Shown here: positions 12,969 to 27,415 of the stretch, piece after piece
Position numbering within the stretch: the stretch's first letter is position 1
Layout: every line of letters starts with the position of its first letter
Assembly: GCF_001194135.2 (NCBI RefSeq)
Contig: NC_068991.1
Location: forward strand, 76,964,145-77,028,144
Direction: 5' to 3'
DNA: 64,000 nt
Source of the DNA: Octopus bimaculoides
Lineage: Eukaryota
Position numbers and translations under genes: made by a program
The notes under the pieces: model-generated
The model's database searches: none
The model's input: only the letters and a program-made list of their open reading frames with translations
Told to the model about the DNA's origin: nothing

Positions 12969-13949
12969 GTATATGTATATATATATATACACATGTATTC
13001 ATGATAACATGTATATAAACATATGAAAATGCAGTTATATATGTGTACACATGGATGCACACAAAAACAAACAACGTCCTACAGAAATGTGAGTGTACAA
13101 ATTAACGCACACGCACGCACACATGCGCATTATTTTTAGGTGCACATGTACCTAGATATACATACACAAACATACTTGAATTTGCAAACAGAAGAATGCA
13201 GGCACTGGCATAAAATATACACACTTATAAATTGAAAAGACACTCAATTATGTAAATATGCTACCATAGATAAAAGCCTGCACTGATAAAGGTAGTCACA
13301 CAGAGAAAACAACCGACACAAGCATTCCCTTATGTGTTTATATGAAGTGTACATGCACTTAGCCTGAGAGTGGATAAAAAAGCAAAACGCTTTTTTGCAT
13401 ACACACTTTTACCTACACATGTATGTAAGCTTGCACACATACAGAGGCTAACTGAGTCGCACGTACACTAATGCATATAACATGCAGACAATAGTTTCTC
13501 ACATTGGTATGAGGCCACATATTTACATGGGGTGGGGTGGATGTCAATTTTACGTCAGTCTATAACATTTTATCAATACAGAGATAAGTAAACCAGGTGT
13601 AATTAGAACTCAACATGTTGTCAAAGAGATAAAACTACATACTGCAAGGCATATATTTCAACAATATAATTCCTGATAATTCTCTGCCTTTAGTGATATA
13701 GCAATATCGACACATAAACATATTGGTATTCACATATATACAAAAATTGACCGACTCAGGACACAGAAGATACATTTGGTCAAATATGCATAGACAGATA
13801 TACAAAATATGCATTAATAAGGGAACTAACGAACATGCATCCTTTTCAGAATTAGATCCCTCTGGAGCTCATTCATTATCCCTCTCCACCTTATTTTAAA
13901 TCAAATAGTGTTTTTTTACTTGACATAAAGTCAGCTTATGTAGGGAAAG

Positions 13950-14095
13950 GGTGTATTACTGGTACGTATTTTTATCGACTCTGAAGAGATGAAAACACAA
14001 AGTCAGACCCAGTAAGATTTCAACTGAGAATGTAGAGGGATGAAATGTATGAAATACTGCAAGACATTTCGTTCCATGTTACTGTTCTGTCTGCA
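13950..14095 (-). mobile_element. Degenerate SINE, family C
   Basis: ACTGGTACGTATTTTTATCGACTCTGAAGAGATGAAA is the reverse complement of the core seen at 45.9 kb. Further decayed copies at about 37.9, 38.7, 50.5 and 62.85 kb. Confidence 0.55.
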
Positions 14096-14593
14096 GTTGT
14101 CCTCTGTTAGTTATCCAATGTAGTTAGGAGGTCATTAAATAACTATTAGTGTTGCTCCTCCTTGCTTTAACTTACAGAAAGGCAAGAAATACATTGTGTT
14201 AACATGCATACTCATTTACAAGCCAAAGATGAAGTCACTGTGTGGTCACTTCATCCACTAGATATAGCAGCCAAATAACCATTAACTTACACCGTAATGT
14301 CTTAAAAGGCGGAAGGACATATTGATAATGTAGTGTTATACAAAAAAGATTGGATGGTCATGAGTGGAATGCCTTTAATCATCGATCTGTTCAGTCAGAC
14401 TGACTTAGGGCGAAACAGTAGCATTCACAGTCCTATATACATAACATAAATGTACAGTTATGCACTTGCATATTCACAAATACTTATGCACAGTCATTCA
14501 CACTTTGTACATATATACAAATGAATACTCAGAAAATGACGATTAAACAAATATGTATAAACAGCAATCACAATAAAGAGAAAACTGACGTGA

Positions 14594-14640
<47 letters not shown>

Positions 14641-15659
14641 TGTCTGTGTGCATCAGTGTTTGCAGACACACATGTGTCCCTTGATAGATACTCATGAATG
14701 TATATCTATATACATGTGTATGCTTTCAAAATACTTTTTACATTTATCTCTTATTAAGAAATGTTTTGAGAGATGAGCTGAACAAAATTAATGATGATAG
14801 TTCTTTCATTAAAACATAGATTCTGAATATTAATATACCTGTTTGTTTCTCGCTTCGGCTCAGTGAATATTAACAATTTACCGTTTTGAAAAGTCGTTGA
14901 CCTCCATCTCATTTGCATATTTTCCTATTTCCCTTTATATTCAAAACCATCTGTTTAATATCATATATTTTCAATCTTATTTTTTTAGTTAGTTCTCCAG
15001 CTTTATCAAACCATTTTATTTCCAAAACAAGTAAAGTAGATATAAACAATTTGATTAATTGATGACCAATTACTTCATTTATTTGTTTGTCTTTTACTTG
15101 TATGAATTTTTTTTTCCTTTACCAGTGAAGTGGTTTATTCAAAGAGTCAAACACATGCGTATATGCTTCAAGAAGTGTACACCTATTAATTTTGTAAATT
15201 TTCTCCTTTTTTGAGGAGAATGGCTATGATAGATTAAATTAGACTACTAATTCAAGAAAAGTAATCTGTTCAAAAGATAATACAAGGAAAGAAAACATCA
15301 ATAAGCCATATTGTTTTCAGATAGACTTCCAGACTGAAGATTTTAATTAGTGTCTCAACTGACCAATCATAGAATTGGTACTATTTACTGCATGTAGTTT
15401 GATATCAGATAACTAAATCAAGGGAAGCCTAAATAGGTTTTAAAAATGTTAATATTTCAGATGAAGAAATGTAATTTAAATGACAGAGTAATTAAATGAG
15501 CCCTGATTCATTGAGAAGGTTTTTTTTATCCTAACATAAATATTTAAGATTTGTATAACAAGGAGTGTGTAGAGTGTATAAGGATTTAAGAAAACACATT
15601 TATATGCATTCACTTATATATATACTTACACATGATATATATATATATATATATATATA

Positions 15660-16024
15660 CAGTGGAGGAAATAAATATTCGTACATGTCAAAATTCTTTA
15701 TTCATTTAATTTCTAATGAACATAAATGGGATATACCCATACTATATTTGCATACACATACATAAACTAAGAATATGCAAAAGAAACTAATAAATTATAG
15801 TAGCTAATGAATTTATATACAAATATAAATATTTAGGGGTGAAAAAAGTATTCGTACAGAACATAAATAGTTGATAATTCTGATTTAATACTTCGTAGCA
15901 TAACCATTATTCAGTTCCACTTCATCCAATCTCTTTTTGTAGTTCTTAATCAATGACTCGCATGTTTCTTTAGGAATTTTTTCCCATTCTTCTTGACAAA
16001 TTTTCTTCAAATCTGGAATGCACT
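15660..16024 (-). mobile_element. Tc1-family transposon 3' remnant (transposase C-terminus plus IR/DR-type terminal repeat)
   Basis: Minus frame reads [42 protein letters not shown], a typical Tc1 C-terminus. Terminus TA|CAGTGGAGGAAATAA at 15660. TATTCGTACA motif repeated near 15676 and 15849. Confidence 0.85.
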
Positions 16025-16150
16025 CATCATCATCATCATCATCATCATCATCGTTTAACGTCCATGTATAACTGGTAAGCTGGAGAGCTGCACCAGATTC
16101 CATATACATATATATAGACATGTGCACACACACACACACACACACATATA

Positions 16151-17042
16151 CGAGGGGGGACCCAAAAGAAACTGGAATTTTGCAATATTATTCAATTCAT
16201 TTAGTTTTACATGTTAACACTTTTATCACCTTCAAAGTATTCTCCATTTGAAGGAATGCATCAGTCAAGGCATGTTTTCCACTATTTGAACCAATGCTGG
16301 TACTCCTGCAAAGTGATGCCTTGTAACGCCTCTGTCGTTTTTCCGTTACTGCATCCACATCTGCAAATTCCATAGCAACAGCTTCCATCACCAGTGACGA
16401 CCTTCGGAAAATGGTCCACATCAACTTTCAACTGTTCTTTCAGTTCTCAACACACATTCAGTCATGACTGCTTTTGATCTTACATGAGCAAGTGAGGTTC
16501 AAATTTTGCTGTAACCCTTTTCATTTGCAATTCCTCACTCAAAATTCGTTGGCAGGAGCTCCAGGACACACCAGTCACACCAACAAGTTCGTTAATTGAT
16601 TGGTGACGGCCCTCCAAGATCAGTTCATGAATTTCCATGATGTTTTCATTCATTTGGGAGGTTGACGGTCATCCTGAACGAGGTTGGTCTTCAAGTGACA
16701 AGTGACCATTCCTAAACCACCATTAAACTTGTATTTTGCTAATGGCAGTGTCCTTGTAAGCTGTTTGAAGCATGATAACCGTTTCAGCCATTGTTTTCCG
16801 TAGCAGAAAACAGAATTTCATGGAAGCATGCTGTTCCTTCATTTCAGCCATTGCAAAAATTAACAAATAGGGGAGAGGCACTGCAAAGCAAAGATGCACC
16901 ACATGGTAGTATGACTTCACCCGATGACACCAGTCAGCAGACTGCTGCCTGAGGGTTGCATCAAGTGGCTTCTAGCAACAGAAGCCTGAACTATAATGGG
17001 TTTGTCACACAATGTTTCTGGTTATTTTTGGGTACCCCCTTG
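16151..17042 (-). mobile_element. Internally deleted mariner element with both TIRs and TA duplication
   Basis: TIRs TA|CGAGGGGGGACCCAAAAGAAACTGGAA and TTCTGGTTATTTTTGGGTACCCCCTTG|TA. N-terminal EQHASMKFCFLLRKTMAETVIMLQTAYKD and a frameshifted C-terminus (FADVDAVT...GEYFEGDK). Most of the catalytic core is missing. Confidence 0.9.
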
Positions 17043-17546
17043 TACATATATATATATATATACATACACACACATATATACACCTAAATATGGATACACA
17101 CACACACACACACACATATATGCATATAGATGTACACACACTCACATACACACACACAACTGATACAAATTCTCCAGGTGCAGATCCATGGTCTCACAAG
17201 ACTGGCAGATACCTACAGATGGATATAATCTTCATTCAATGTTCATCTTCCATGCTGGCATGAGTTGGATGGTTCGATAGGCGCTGTCAAGCTAGAGGAC
17301 TACATCAAGCTGCATTATTTTTATATGGTTTTTATGGCTGGACACTCTTATGCTAACCACTTTACAGAGTAGACTGAGTGCTTTTTATGTGGCACCAACA
17401 CTGGCAAGGTTACCAAGTAACTTGCAAGGGAAAGATCCTTTGAGAGGGATGGTGATATTGAATGAGGTGACTGTGTACCAGGCAATGAGAGATAAGAATA
17501 TGATTAAGGGACAGAAACAGGTGTCTTGCTGCATGGTTACCCCAGT

Positions 17547-17590
<44 letters not shown>

Positions 17591-18419
17591 AAGAAGAGAA
17601 ATGGTGGCAATATGCCAAGGCGTACCAAGGTGCAGGGGTGAGAATAGAAATGGAATGGTAGAGCATTGCCAAGGGTGCATGAGTAGGGATTTCACATGAA
17701 TGCAAAACGGGGTGGGGTGGGGGAATACAGTGATTGGTGAAACCTGGATATATAGAGTGGGGACAACAGAATAACAATGGTACAGTTGGCAGGGCAGAGA
17801 GGACTGGGTTGGTCTGCAGGAGTGGGGAGGGAGAGATAAGCATAGTGCAGGGAAAAGAGGAAATGTGAGGAAGAGGAGAAGAGGAGATGCAGTTTGGTTT
17901 ATTAGGGTAGGGTGTGTAAAAAATTTATGGGTGGAACTCGGTTTTGCTGTGGTGGGCAGCTCTTCTCAAGAGCCTCATACTGCCAGATATATAATTTACA
18001 TGCATACCTATATACATTTGTATGTGAGTGTGTGTGTTGTGTGTGTTTGGGTGTGTGTGTGTATGTGTGTGTGTCTGTGCTTTGTGTGTGTGAGTAGTAC
18101 CATACCACTTTTGGTCAGTTGAGTGAAATTTCCTGGTTCCGACCCAGTACTAAAAAGCATAGCACCAGAGTCACAGTGTTGTACTCTTACAAGGCTGCTT
18201 CAAGAAAGATGCAGGAAAGAATAACAAGAAGCTCTTTCACTTCCAGCAGCAAAACCATTCTCTCTATCTGAGTAAAGAGTAGCTTGTGTGATGCATGCAA
18301 ATGAAGTGTGATGTTGCATGGTAGTAAAACATGAAAAGAAATGAGATAGGCATCATTTGCTGAATGACTAATGTTTCTGTGTACTCTGGGAAATGAACTG
18401 AAAGTAAATCAGGGAATAA

Positions 18420-18700
18420 AACGAAGTAGATGTTGCACTGAAGGGAGGAAAAACTGAGCTGGTTCAGACTTAGGATGCTTATGCGTAAAGAAGTTCTAAG
18501 CGGTCTGGTTAGAAAGAAGCTGCATAAGTGGGAGACCATTGAAGCTATTGGACAAAATGGTAAAAGCTGAACTCAGGGAACTAAACCACATGATGAAGAA
18601 GATTACAAGGGACAGCAACAAGTGGCAGGACAGTGTGCTGTAGAAGAGACCTCTCTAATGCATGCAAGCATGGTAAAATGGACGTAAAATGATGATGCTT
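18420..18700 (+). mobile_element. Decayed RTE LINE 3' end
   Basis: Ends in CATGCAAGCATGGTAAAATGGACGTAAAATGATGATG, the RTE-type tail shared with the family D elements. Confidence 0.5.
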
Positions 18701-18779
18701 AGATCAGCTGCATTACAGAAGCTCAAAAGTCTTGATCCTTTTTTTTTAGTCCTTGTATCTTCTCCAATGTCTCAATGTA

Positions 18780-19045
18780 CACCAAAGTAGCCATCATCTT
18801 CGAATTCACCTGCCTTAATAACAAGGTCACTGTCTTCTATTATAAAGTTAGCCCACTAGAGACTCTCATACAGTTTTTTCTATTTTTACTCCTCTGTCAG
18901 TTTTCATTGTGGTGCATATGTATTGATCTCTGTTGCATATGACCAGTTTAAGCTTAATTATTTTGTCACGTACCCTGACTACTTCTGTTACTTCATCTCT
19001 CCATTTATCTACCAACAATATGTTTAGTCCATCACTTTTACCCAT
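18780..19045 (-). mobile_element. RTE LINE endonuclease remnant
   Basis: Minus translation GLNILLVDKWRDEVTEVVRVRDKIIKLKLVIC...YAPQ...AGEF resembles APE motifs (YAP, GDFN). Confidence 0.55.
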
Positions 19046-21362
19046 CTGGAAGAATTTGTAGTATTAACAGCTTTGGCTGAGGATGATGGTAATGGTGATA
19101 AGAATGATTATAAAGAAAGGTAGCATCAAAACATGTTCATATTTATAAGTTTTTATTTATGACTGGTTGTTTTTGAACCTGTTTGTTTATATGGAGTTAT
19201 ATAAAATGTAAATCATGCAAGTCTTCTTCAGTGTAATTATCAGACTCAAAGCTCTGTTATAAGCAGATTTTAAGCTTTTATCTATATCATTAACTAATTT
19301 CAAGGAATTGTCTTCCTTTGGTAAACAATTATCATGCAATCTAATTATCCATCTACCCTTCAATAAGCAATTATTGGCTAGTTTTAGGCAATCAACAGCT
19401 TCATTTTAAAAAATTATTAGACAGTTTAAATGCTCATTTCCCTGTTGTAAGCAATTATCAACTAAGTTTAATAAGTCATTTATGTATTTTAAGCAATTAT
19501 TAACCAGTTTTAAGCAGTCATTTGTTTAATCAACTAGTTAAAAAATTGATTTCAGAATATAATGTGAATTTCTTAATTGTTTAAAATGTTATTGCTATTT
19601 GCTTAATTTAAAATAAAATATAAATATGTAAATACCAAAACTAAAAAGCCATCTACCTGATAAGCAAACTCTGTAACCAATTAGCTGTACCTACTCCTTG
19701 ATCTATCACTGCTAAAACTGAATTTGTTCGCCTGAAGACACCACCTCTATACTGTCTTTTATTCACGTTAAACCCATTTGATACACTTGTGTTTTCTCTG
19801 GTTTCTTTGTTTTCTCTTGTTCTCTCTAACCAACCTTGGTTATGTGCTATAAACACCTCTCCAGGTCTTCCTCATCAAATCTACCATTCATCTTCACAAG
19901 TTGGAACTGAGTATTAACTGCATCAACCTTGCCTAATAGTCTATAATTACTGAAGTACAGCATGGGTTTACATTTATAGAACCACATCTCATTATATTTA
20001 TTCTCATTGTATAATTAGGCCCCATACTTATTTATAACCCATTTTGTATAGGTAGTCTAGAAAATATTTTCTGGTTCTCAAGCCTGTACCATTATGTAAA
20101 CAGGTTGTGTCTAGAACAGACTTGCTTCTATTTTAGTAAGGAACCTTCTGTTAAATTTGTTTGGCATTTTGGGAAGGAGAGATAAATGGATTCTGATTAA
20201 CTGTTAAATAACTCTCAAGCTGCTGGGAAATCCCTTTTGGAGCCCATTTTCCCGTTGTCTTTATAGCCTCGTATAATAAAATAGCAAAGAGCTATGACAT
20301 GTGTCACCACTTCATCTAAAAGCTAGAATTGAACTTGGAAATGTTTCTTTGTCATACAGTGTTTGTAGAAAGACAAGAGAATGTCTATATGTTGATCAAA
20401 AAGTGGTACCTTTTGACCACCTATTATGTATACATATTGTCAATCAGTATGTGTACATAATAAATAGTATAGATGCCTATGTGTTGATAAACTTAAGGAA
20501 GAATAGCTAAAGGTGATTGAACGAATTGTTGACTTTTGTCTGAGGCTTACAATTGCCATAGGTTTGTTGTCTTCAATAGCCTCATACACAGCCTTAAAAC
20601 TAGGCATTGAAAGCGACCATGTAGTCATACAGTACTCCTATTGCCCACATAAGTGGGTAGTTTTACTTTCTCACTATATTTATTTATGACTAGGTGAACT
20701 TAGACAGTGAGCAGTATATAGCTTTGCAATGGTTGCAGCTATTTGCTGGTAATAGCATATAAAACCCAACTTCTCATTTGTCTGGCACCCTATCAATTTA
20801 GCTTGCTGTGACTACATCAGATTAGATTGAAATCCAAAATATGAACAGAATAGGCTGATGGAAGTAGCAGCGTCTTTAGTCATAATTAATCCAAGAAGTA
20901 CTGACCCATAGCACCTACTCTTGATTCTAACCCTTTAAAACGTTTAAAGCAGTTCAACCTATAATCAATACTATTCTGAGTGAAATATATTTCCTCTAAA
21001 TACATTGAATAGATCCTCATTTAGCACTTCAGTACTTGTGGTGATGTGAAGTAATATATATTTTCCATTTGTCTGACATATCCATATATGTGAATCATCG
21101 AAGTTTCTTTGAACACATACTCAATAATGGATCTAACTTTAAGCTCTTTGAAAATGCATTTACTCAATTTGCTTTTAAGCATGCGTAGATTTTCTATCCA
21201 TTGTTGAGTAGTGTATATACTGAGTTATGGAAGAATTCTGAAATCTCTGACAGGTTGTAACTGCCAGGCATAATGGCATCATTGTTGTTACCAGGATTCT
21301 ACAAAAGACTAGGTAATTAGTGTAGCTTAAAGATGGAAATTATTTGAGAAGTCATAATAATG

Positions 21363-21398
<36 letters not shown>

Positions 21399-21691
21399 GC
21401 AATAATGAAGATGGTTATATGTGTTATTGTAGTGATGATAATTATAATGAATATTATAATGATAATATGGTTAATGAAATTGCAACAAGGCTCATTAAAA
21501 TGATGTCAACAATAAAGACTGTGAAGAGGGTGACTGGTGTTTAGGTTGTTGATGGTCCTCATGGAAGCAGCTGTGGTAGTTGCATTAATAGCAAGAATAA
21601 AGATGTTTGCATTGATTTGAAAGATTACATTAGTGTGTGTGTGTGTGTGTTTGTGTGTGAAGATGTATGTGATGGCTTACATTAATCTTTT

Positions 21692-21920
21692 ATCCTTTTA
21701 CATGTTTCAGTCATTTGACTGTGGCCATGCTAGAGCACCACCTTTAGTCGAACAAATCGACCCCAGGACTTATTCTTTGTAAGCCTAGTACTTAACCTAT
21801 CAGTCTCTTTTGCCAAACTGGTAAGTTTTGGGGATGTAAACACACCAACATCAGTTGCCAAGCGATGGCAGCGTCGACAAACACAGACAGAAAGACACAC
21901 ACGCATAAATATATATATAT
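21692..21920 (-). mobile_element. Family A SINE, 3' half
   Basis: TGTTTCAGTCATTTGACTGTGGCCATGC...ACACAGACAG matches family A. Confidence 0.85.
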
Positions 21921-22109
21921 TTAGATGAGTTCATGAACCTTGATTCTTTTCCCTAAAACTATATATTTATATATATTTAATACTGTGAAACTTAATTTGA
22001 TTTTAATTTTTAATAAATTGATTTTAATTGAGTTTTTACCTGTAATTTTGGATTTTTATCCCTAATATTATTATTATTATCATTATTATATATATATATA
22101 TATATATAT

Positions 22110-22437
22110 NNNNNNNNNNNNNNNNNNNNNNNNNNNNNNNNNNNNNNNNNNNNNNNNNNNNNNNNNNNNNNNNNNNNNNNNNNNNNNNNNNNNNNNNNNN
22201 NNNNNNNNNNNNNNNNNNNNNNNNNNNNNNNNNNNNNNNNNNNNNNNNNNNNNNNNNNNNNNNNNNNNNNNNNNNNNNNNNNNNNNNNNNNNNNNNNNNN
22301 NNNNNNNNNNNNNNNNNNNNNNNNNNNNNNNNNNNNNNNNNNNNNNNNNNNNNNNNNNNNNNNNNNNNNNNNNNNNNNNNNNNNNNNNNNNNNNNNNNNN
22401 NNNNNNNNNNNNNNNNNNNNNNNNNNNNNNNNNNNNN
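22110..22437. other. Assembly gap (N run) flanked by (TA)n
   Basis: Ns seen directly. Similar gaps at 26177-26295, 36570-36825 and 56600-56870 also sit next to (TA)n tracts. Confidence 1.
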
Positions 22438-22472
<35 letters not shown>

Positions 22473-22487
22473 TATATACATATATAC

Positions 22488-22646
22488 GGCTGGCTTCTTT
22501 CAGTTTCTGTCTACCAAATCCACTCACAAGGCTTTGGTCAGTGCAAAGCTATAGTGGAAGACACTTGCCCAAGGTGTCACACAGTAGGACTGAACCCAGA
22601 ACCATGTGGTTGGGAAGCAAGCTTCTTATACAGCCATGCCTGTGCC
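22488..22646 (-). mobile_element. Family A SINE, 5' half (tRNA head plus core)
   Basis: GGCTTCTTTCAGTTTCTGTCTACCAAATCCACTCACAAGG...ACAGCCATGCCT. Confidence 0.85.
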
Positions 22647-25187
22647 TATAGCTTCTTACCACACACTCACGCTGGTCTATATTGCTCTCTTTCTCTTTCC
22701 ATTTCTCCTCAAAAAATCTACATAGATTATGCGTATTTGTCCATGTACATACTTATATTTCTAAATATATTTTTGCTATGTCAATATCTATGCATATGTC
22801 TCATATATATATAGACACACAAACATGTCTTTATGTCGGTATATGGGCATGTTTATGTATGCCAATCATCAGTTAATGTCCAGTCTCCCATGAGTATCTG
22901 AATTGGACAGTGTTTGCTTGAGGCAGATATTTCTATGACCAGATGCTCTTTCTCTCTCTAACCCTTGTTTTCAAGCAAGATATTACTGAAAATGAATGAC
23001 ACTCATTTACAACATTACCTGATGTCACAAGAAGAAGGCAGAAACACACACCCTTACATATATACATATACAATTGTTTATGATATATCCTGTGTAATGT
23101 GTTTTTACATTCATTCCTCTTTTATTATTTATTCTTCACTCATATCCAGTTTTTTGCTGTGGCTCATTTAACTAGTCTCTTATAAATGCTGTGGATGGAG
23201 TCAAGACTTTGCCTAAGGATGTAGTCCACTACGAACACAGAAAAAAGAGCTAGTGTCTCACTGAAGGATTCCTACTGTTGTTGGAAATTCCTTGGGTCCA
23301 ATGAGTTCTGCTTTAGCAAACATGGTCTTTAGTTCTCTGAATCAGTATGGTGGTGTTGGGGAGCTAGGATAATTCTAGTAGTTACGATATATGTAGATTT
23401 AAAATTATGTGAATGTACTGGTGATGTCACCAATTTTACTGAATAAGGCCATTATATTTGCTTGGAAAGTTATGAATATAACCAAAGATGTGATAGACCC
23501 TATTTTTAAGCCCTTTCCAGAGGAACACTGGTGTCGATGATCTAGGGTGAATGAGTTTGATGCCACTCTGGGCTCAAATGACCCTGCTCAAGTTACTGAT
23601 TTGCTTGGTCAAACCTGAGTGATGGATTATATAGAGCTAGTGCTTTTCTGACTTTCTGGACATTTTCAGTCTAACTTGGAGATGCTGAGAAAGTGTCTTC
23701 ACACTTTCTTTAGGAACTTTAAACTACCTGTCTTCTTTGAAAGGTGTAATGAAATAGCTAACATTGGACTCCAAGTTATACTATCTCTACAACTAACCAA
23801 GCGAGAGCCTCCCTTGTGTCTGTAAATCATCAAATCATCCTGGATCCATTACTGATAGCTCAGTTGGAAATATATCAATTAGAGTCTCTAACTTTTCTAC
23901 CAATGAAAACCATTAGTCCCTTAATACACTGATCTGTTTAAATAACTATTCTCCAGTCATTATTGCTTGGATCAGTAATCTTGAACTCATATAATATTAT
24001 ACCTTCCTGCTGCAACAATTCACACTTGATGTTATATGATTCTGTACAGTCTATCTCTGACCACCTGCAGAGTATGATACATGCATAATACTTTTGGTTA
24101 ATGAACTTGTATATTTGTGGAAGCTAACTCATGGGCTACGAACATGCAGAGATGTGTGTTTGTGTGTGAAGCAGTGTGTGTTACAGGAGCGAGGTAAGCA
24201 AGCATGATGTTTGCTTGTGCCTGGATGGGTGTTGGCACATACATGTGAGGGTTTATGTGTATACATATATCTATATATGTATATGGGTATTTGAGTGTGC
24301 ATGTGTATGTATGTGTAAATAGTTGCGTATGTATGTGCATATGGATACATATGGTTGAGCACCCTAAAAACGACTTTGATTTATGGACATGTTAATAAAT
24401 GCAGCAACTGAATACCATGTCTGCCAAGTACCATAGACATTTCAAGACACATAAGTCTACTATCTGACTTTTACTCATTAATACATACCAGTGACTAGTC
24501 TTGCTACTATTTTAACTTTAGGCTTTTCTACTTAACCCTCTTCATTTTACTCTTCTGTATATGTGTATGCACATGTGCAATTGTGAATGTATATGCATAT
24601 GTGTATGTCCACTCTGTCCTTCTTGTTTTCATCTATCTTCTTCTTTTAACATTATCCCACTGTCTTGTCTTCTATCACCCTCTATTCTGGCATACCATCT
24701 TGCTTATGCATAATGTCCATTACTGGACTATATAGCGGCACACAACTAATGTTATAATGTATCATTTGCCATAATAATACTGAGGATGTGAGCCAGCGAG
24801 CTTAGAGAAACATAGATATATATATATAATGCTTAAAAATATTAATTACATTTTCTACATTATTTCATATTATATAACATGGCTTGAAGCCCAGATGGTA
24901 GCCTGTCCCATGACATTTAGGTTGGTTTCACACTCTATGGAATATAGGAGAGAAGTATAGAACTGCTTACTATGCCCAAATTATCTGGCAATATGTAGTG
25001 CCTTCTACTACTATATTAAATCACACACTTTGATTGTTTTGTTTTGTTTGCTCTTGTCCCTAATTCTACACAAGAAAACATTTTTTTGCGTGCACCGCAA
25101 ATGTAATCCTTATTTATTCACATTGTTTTGAATTAATCTTGCATTATCTCAAAGCTTCAAAATTCTAGTTATATGATTCTTACATTA

Positions 25188-25422
25188 GTTGTCAAGTGAT
25201 GTTGGGGGGACAGACACACAAACATATACACACACATACACACATATATTCTATATATACAACGGGCTTCTTTCAGTTTCCATCTACCAAATCCACTCAC
25301 AAGACTTTGGTTGGCCCGAGGCTATATTAGAAGACACTTACCCAAGGTGCCATGCAGTGGGACTAAACCCGGAACCATGTGGTTGGTAAGCAAGCTACTT
25401 ACCACACAGCCACTCCAGCACC
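25188..25422 (-). mobile_element. Family A SINE, 3'-truncated
   Basis: Head, core and internal (TA/CA)n match family A. Confidence 0.85.
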
Positions 25423-26455
25423 TATATTGTATATTTTTAGATTGACATTGTAGGGTATGTGTGAAAGGCTGGATCTGGCCTGTTTGAACATAAAACAGGT
25501 AGAATATTTGGGCCAGATATGGTCAGGTTAAATGCAAAATGTTAATGAAAAATGTCTAAGGTTTGTTAATAGGAAGGATAGCCAGCCCTGGAATATTGCC
25601 CCGATAAATCACCTCCAACCCATGCCATCATGGAAAATGTGGACATTAATTTGATGATTATAAACATTAAATGAACATCTACATACAAATATATGCAAGT
25701 ATATTAAGATTTGTTGACAGTAGTTGAATGTATATGGTTTCCTTTCACTGTTCCCGTGGATGGGAACAGTGGGAAGCGAAAGGAAAGTATATATAATCAA
25801 CCATTGTCAACAATTCTTAATATTTGCAGTGAAAGCAGGAAAGCAACAATTTCAAAGAATAAACAGAAATTATTCTCTTGTAATAAAATGAGGAATTTTA
25901 TAGAAAGCTGATGGTTGACAATCACTTATAATGATTTGATTGTTTAATAAATTAACTGCCATTGTCAAAGTAAATACTTACTAAAGAGATTTTGGGTATG
26001 GCCTTTCTGTGATGATGTTCTGAAATTCAATTTTCCAATTTACATCTTATTCCGTCTTCCTTGAATAAGAAAACTATATTATTAAGCAACATTTGCTATT
26101 TGTATTGTTCTTGTTACTGGCGCTGCTGCTACTACCATGTAATGATATTCCTTTATATATATATATATATATATATNNNNNNNNNNNNNNNNNNNNNNNN
26201 NNNNNNNNNNNNNNNNNNNNNNNNNNNNNNNNNNNNNNNNNNNNNNNNNNNNNNNNNNNNNNNNNNNNNNNNNNNNNNNNNNNNNNNNNNNNNNNTATAT
26301 ATATGTAAACTTGATGCAATTTCATATTGGTGATAATGTCAAATTATCAACAAGCTCATCTGTAAATGTTTCACACATACATTTTTATGTATGCACTTAA
26401 ACATATATTTATATGTCAGGGTGCTGTTGTTTGTACTTCTGTGTGTGTGTGTGTA

Positions 26456-26487
<32 letters not shown>

Positions 26488-27415
26488 TGTGTGTGTGTGC
26501 ATGTGCTTTTGTTGGTGTGAGTTGCAGTGAATTTATATATGTTGTGCATTAATGATAATAATAATAATGATAACAATAATGATAATAATAATGATATGTT
26601 AATAGTAATAATAAATGATAATTTGTAATTTTGAAGAGATAGGGATATTTTCAGGTGAAATTAATCAATAGAATTTATGGCTTCTGAGATCATTAGGTAT
26701 AGATGGCATCGTTTACTTAGTGAAGAGCATGACACAAAGTTGGTATGGCACTTATAAGACCTTAAAAACTAGATTAATTCTAAGTAATACCAAAGAATTA
26801 ATAGACTGCCATTATTTTAATTTATTTTTCTATCATATTTATTAATTTTTTAAAGAATAAAATGAAAGTAAATACACATCATTGAAATAAAAAAACAAAT
26901 GAATACACAAAATAAATACCATAAAAGAGAAGAATCAAAAGAAAGATAAGTAAATGATAATGCCATAAACTAATATCCTTCAACTGTAAAGATTTATTAA
27001 ATATTTGTCCTAATTGTTTTAACTCATTCTTTCTCAATGCTCTCTCTCTCTCTCTTCTCTTTCCCTCTCACTCTCTTTGTTTCTTGTAGACATAAGCACT
27101 TAGTGTAAAATAGTGAAAAAAAAAATACTAGACTAGATTTGAACTCAAATCTCCAGGATGCACTTTAATATGCTTCTCAATGATGTTCCTGAGTCTTTCA
27201 AAGCTTCTCCAAATATAATCTATGTACTTTTATTTCCCATTAGGTTCTGTTTTCTTGTATTCTCTGCTTTGATTAAACATACAAATGTATTCCTTAAACA
27301 ATCCTAGCTTAATAATAAATCATTTGATCGTCAAAGAATATTTTATTGAAAAGTTCATCCTGTCTTTGCACAATCAATGTGGAAAAGGGGCCAGGATGAT
27401 GACAATTTATTTTAA

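Noticed and set aside
23200-24060. Degenerate coding-like region, possibly an old LINE or LTR element
   Set aside because: All frames have stops and I could not assign a motif. It needs RepeatMasker or tBLASTx.
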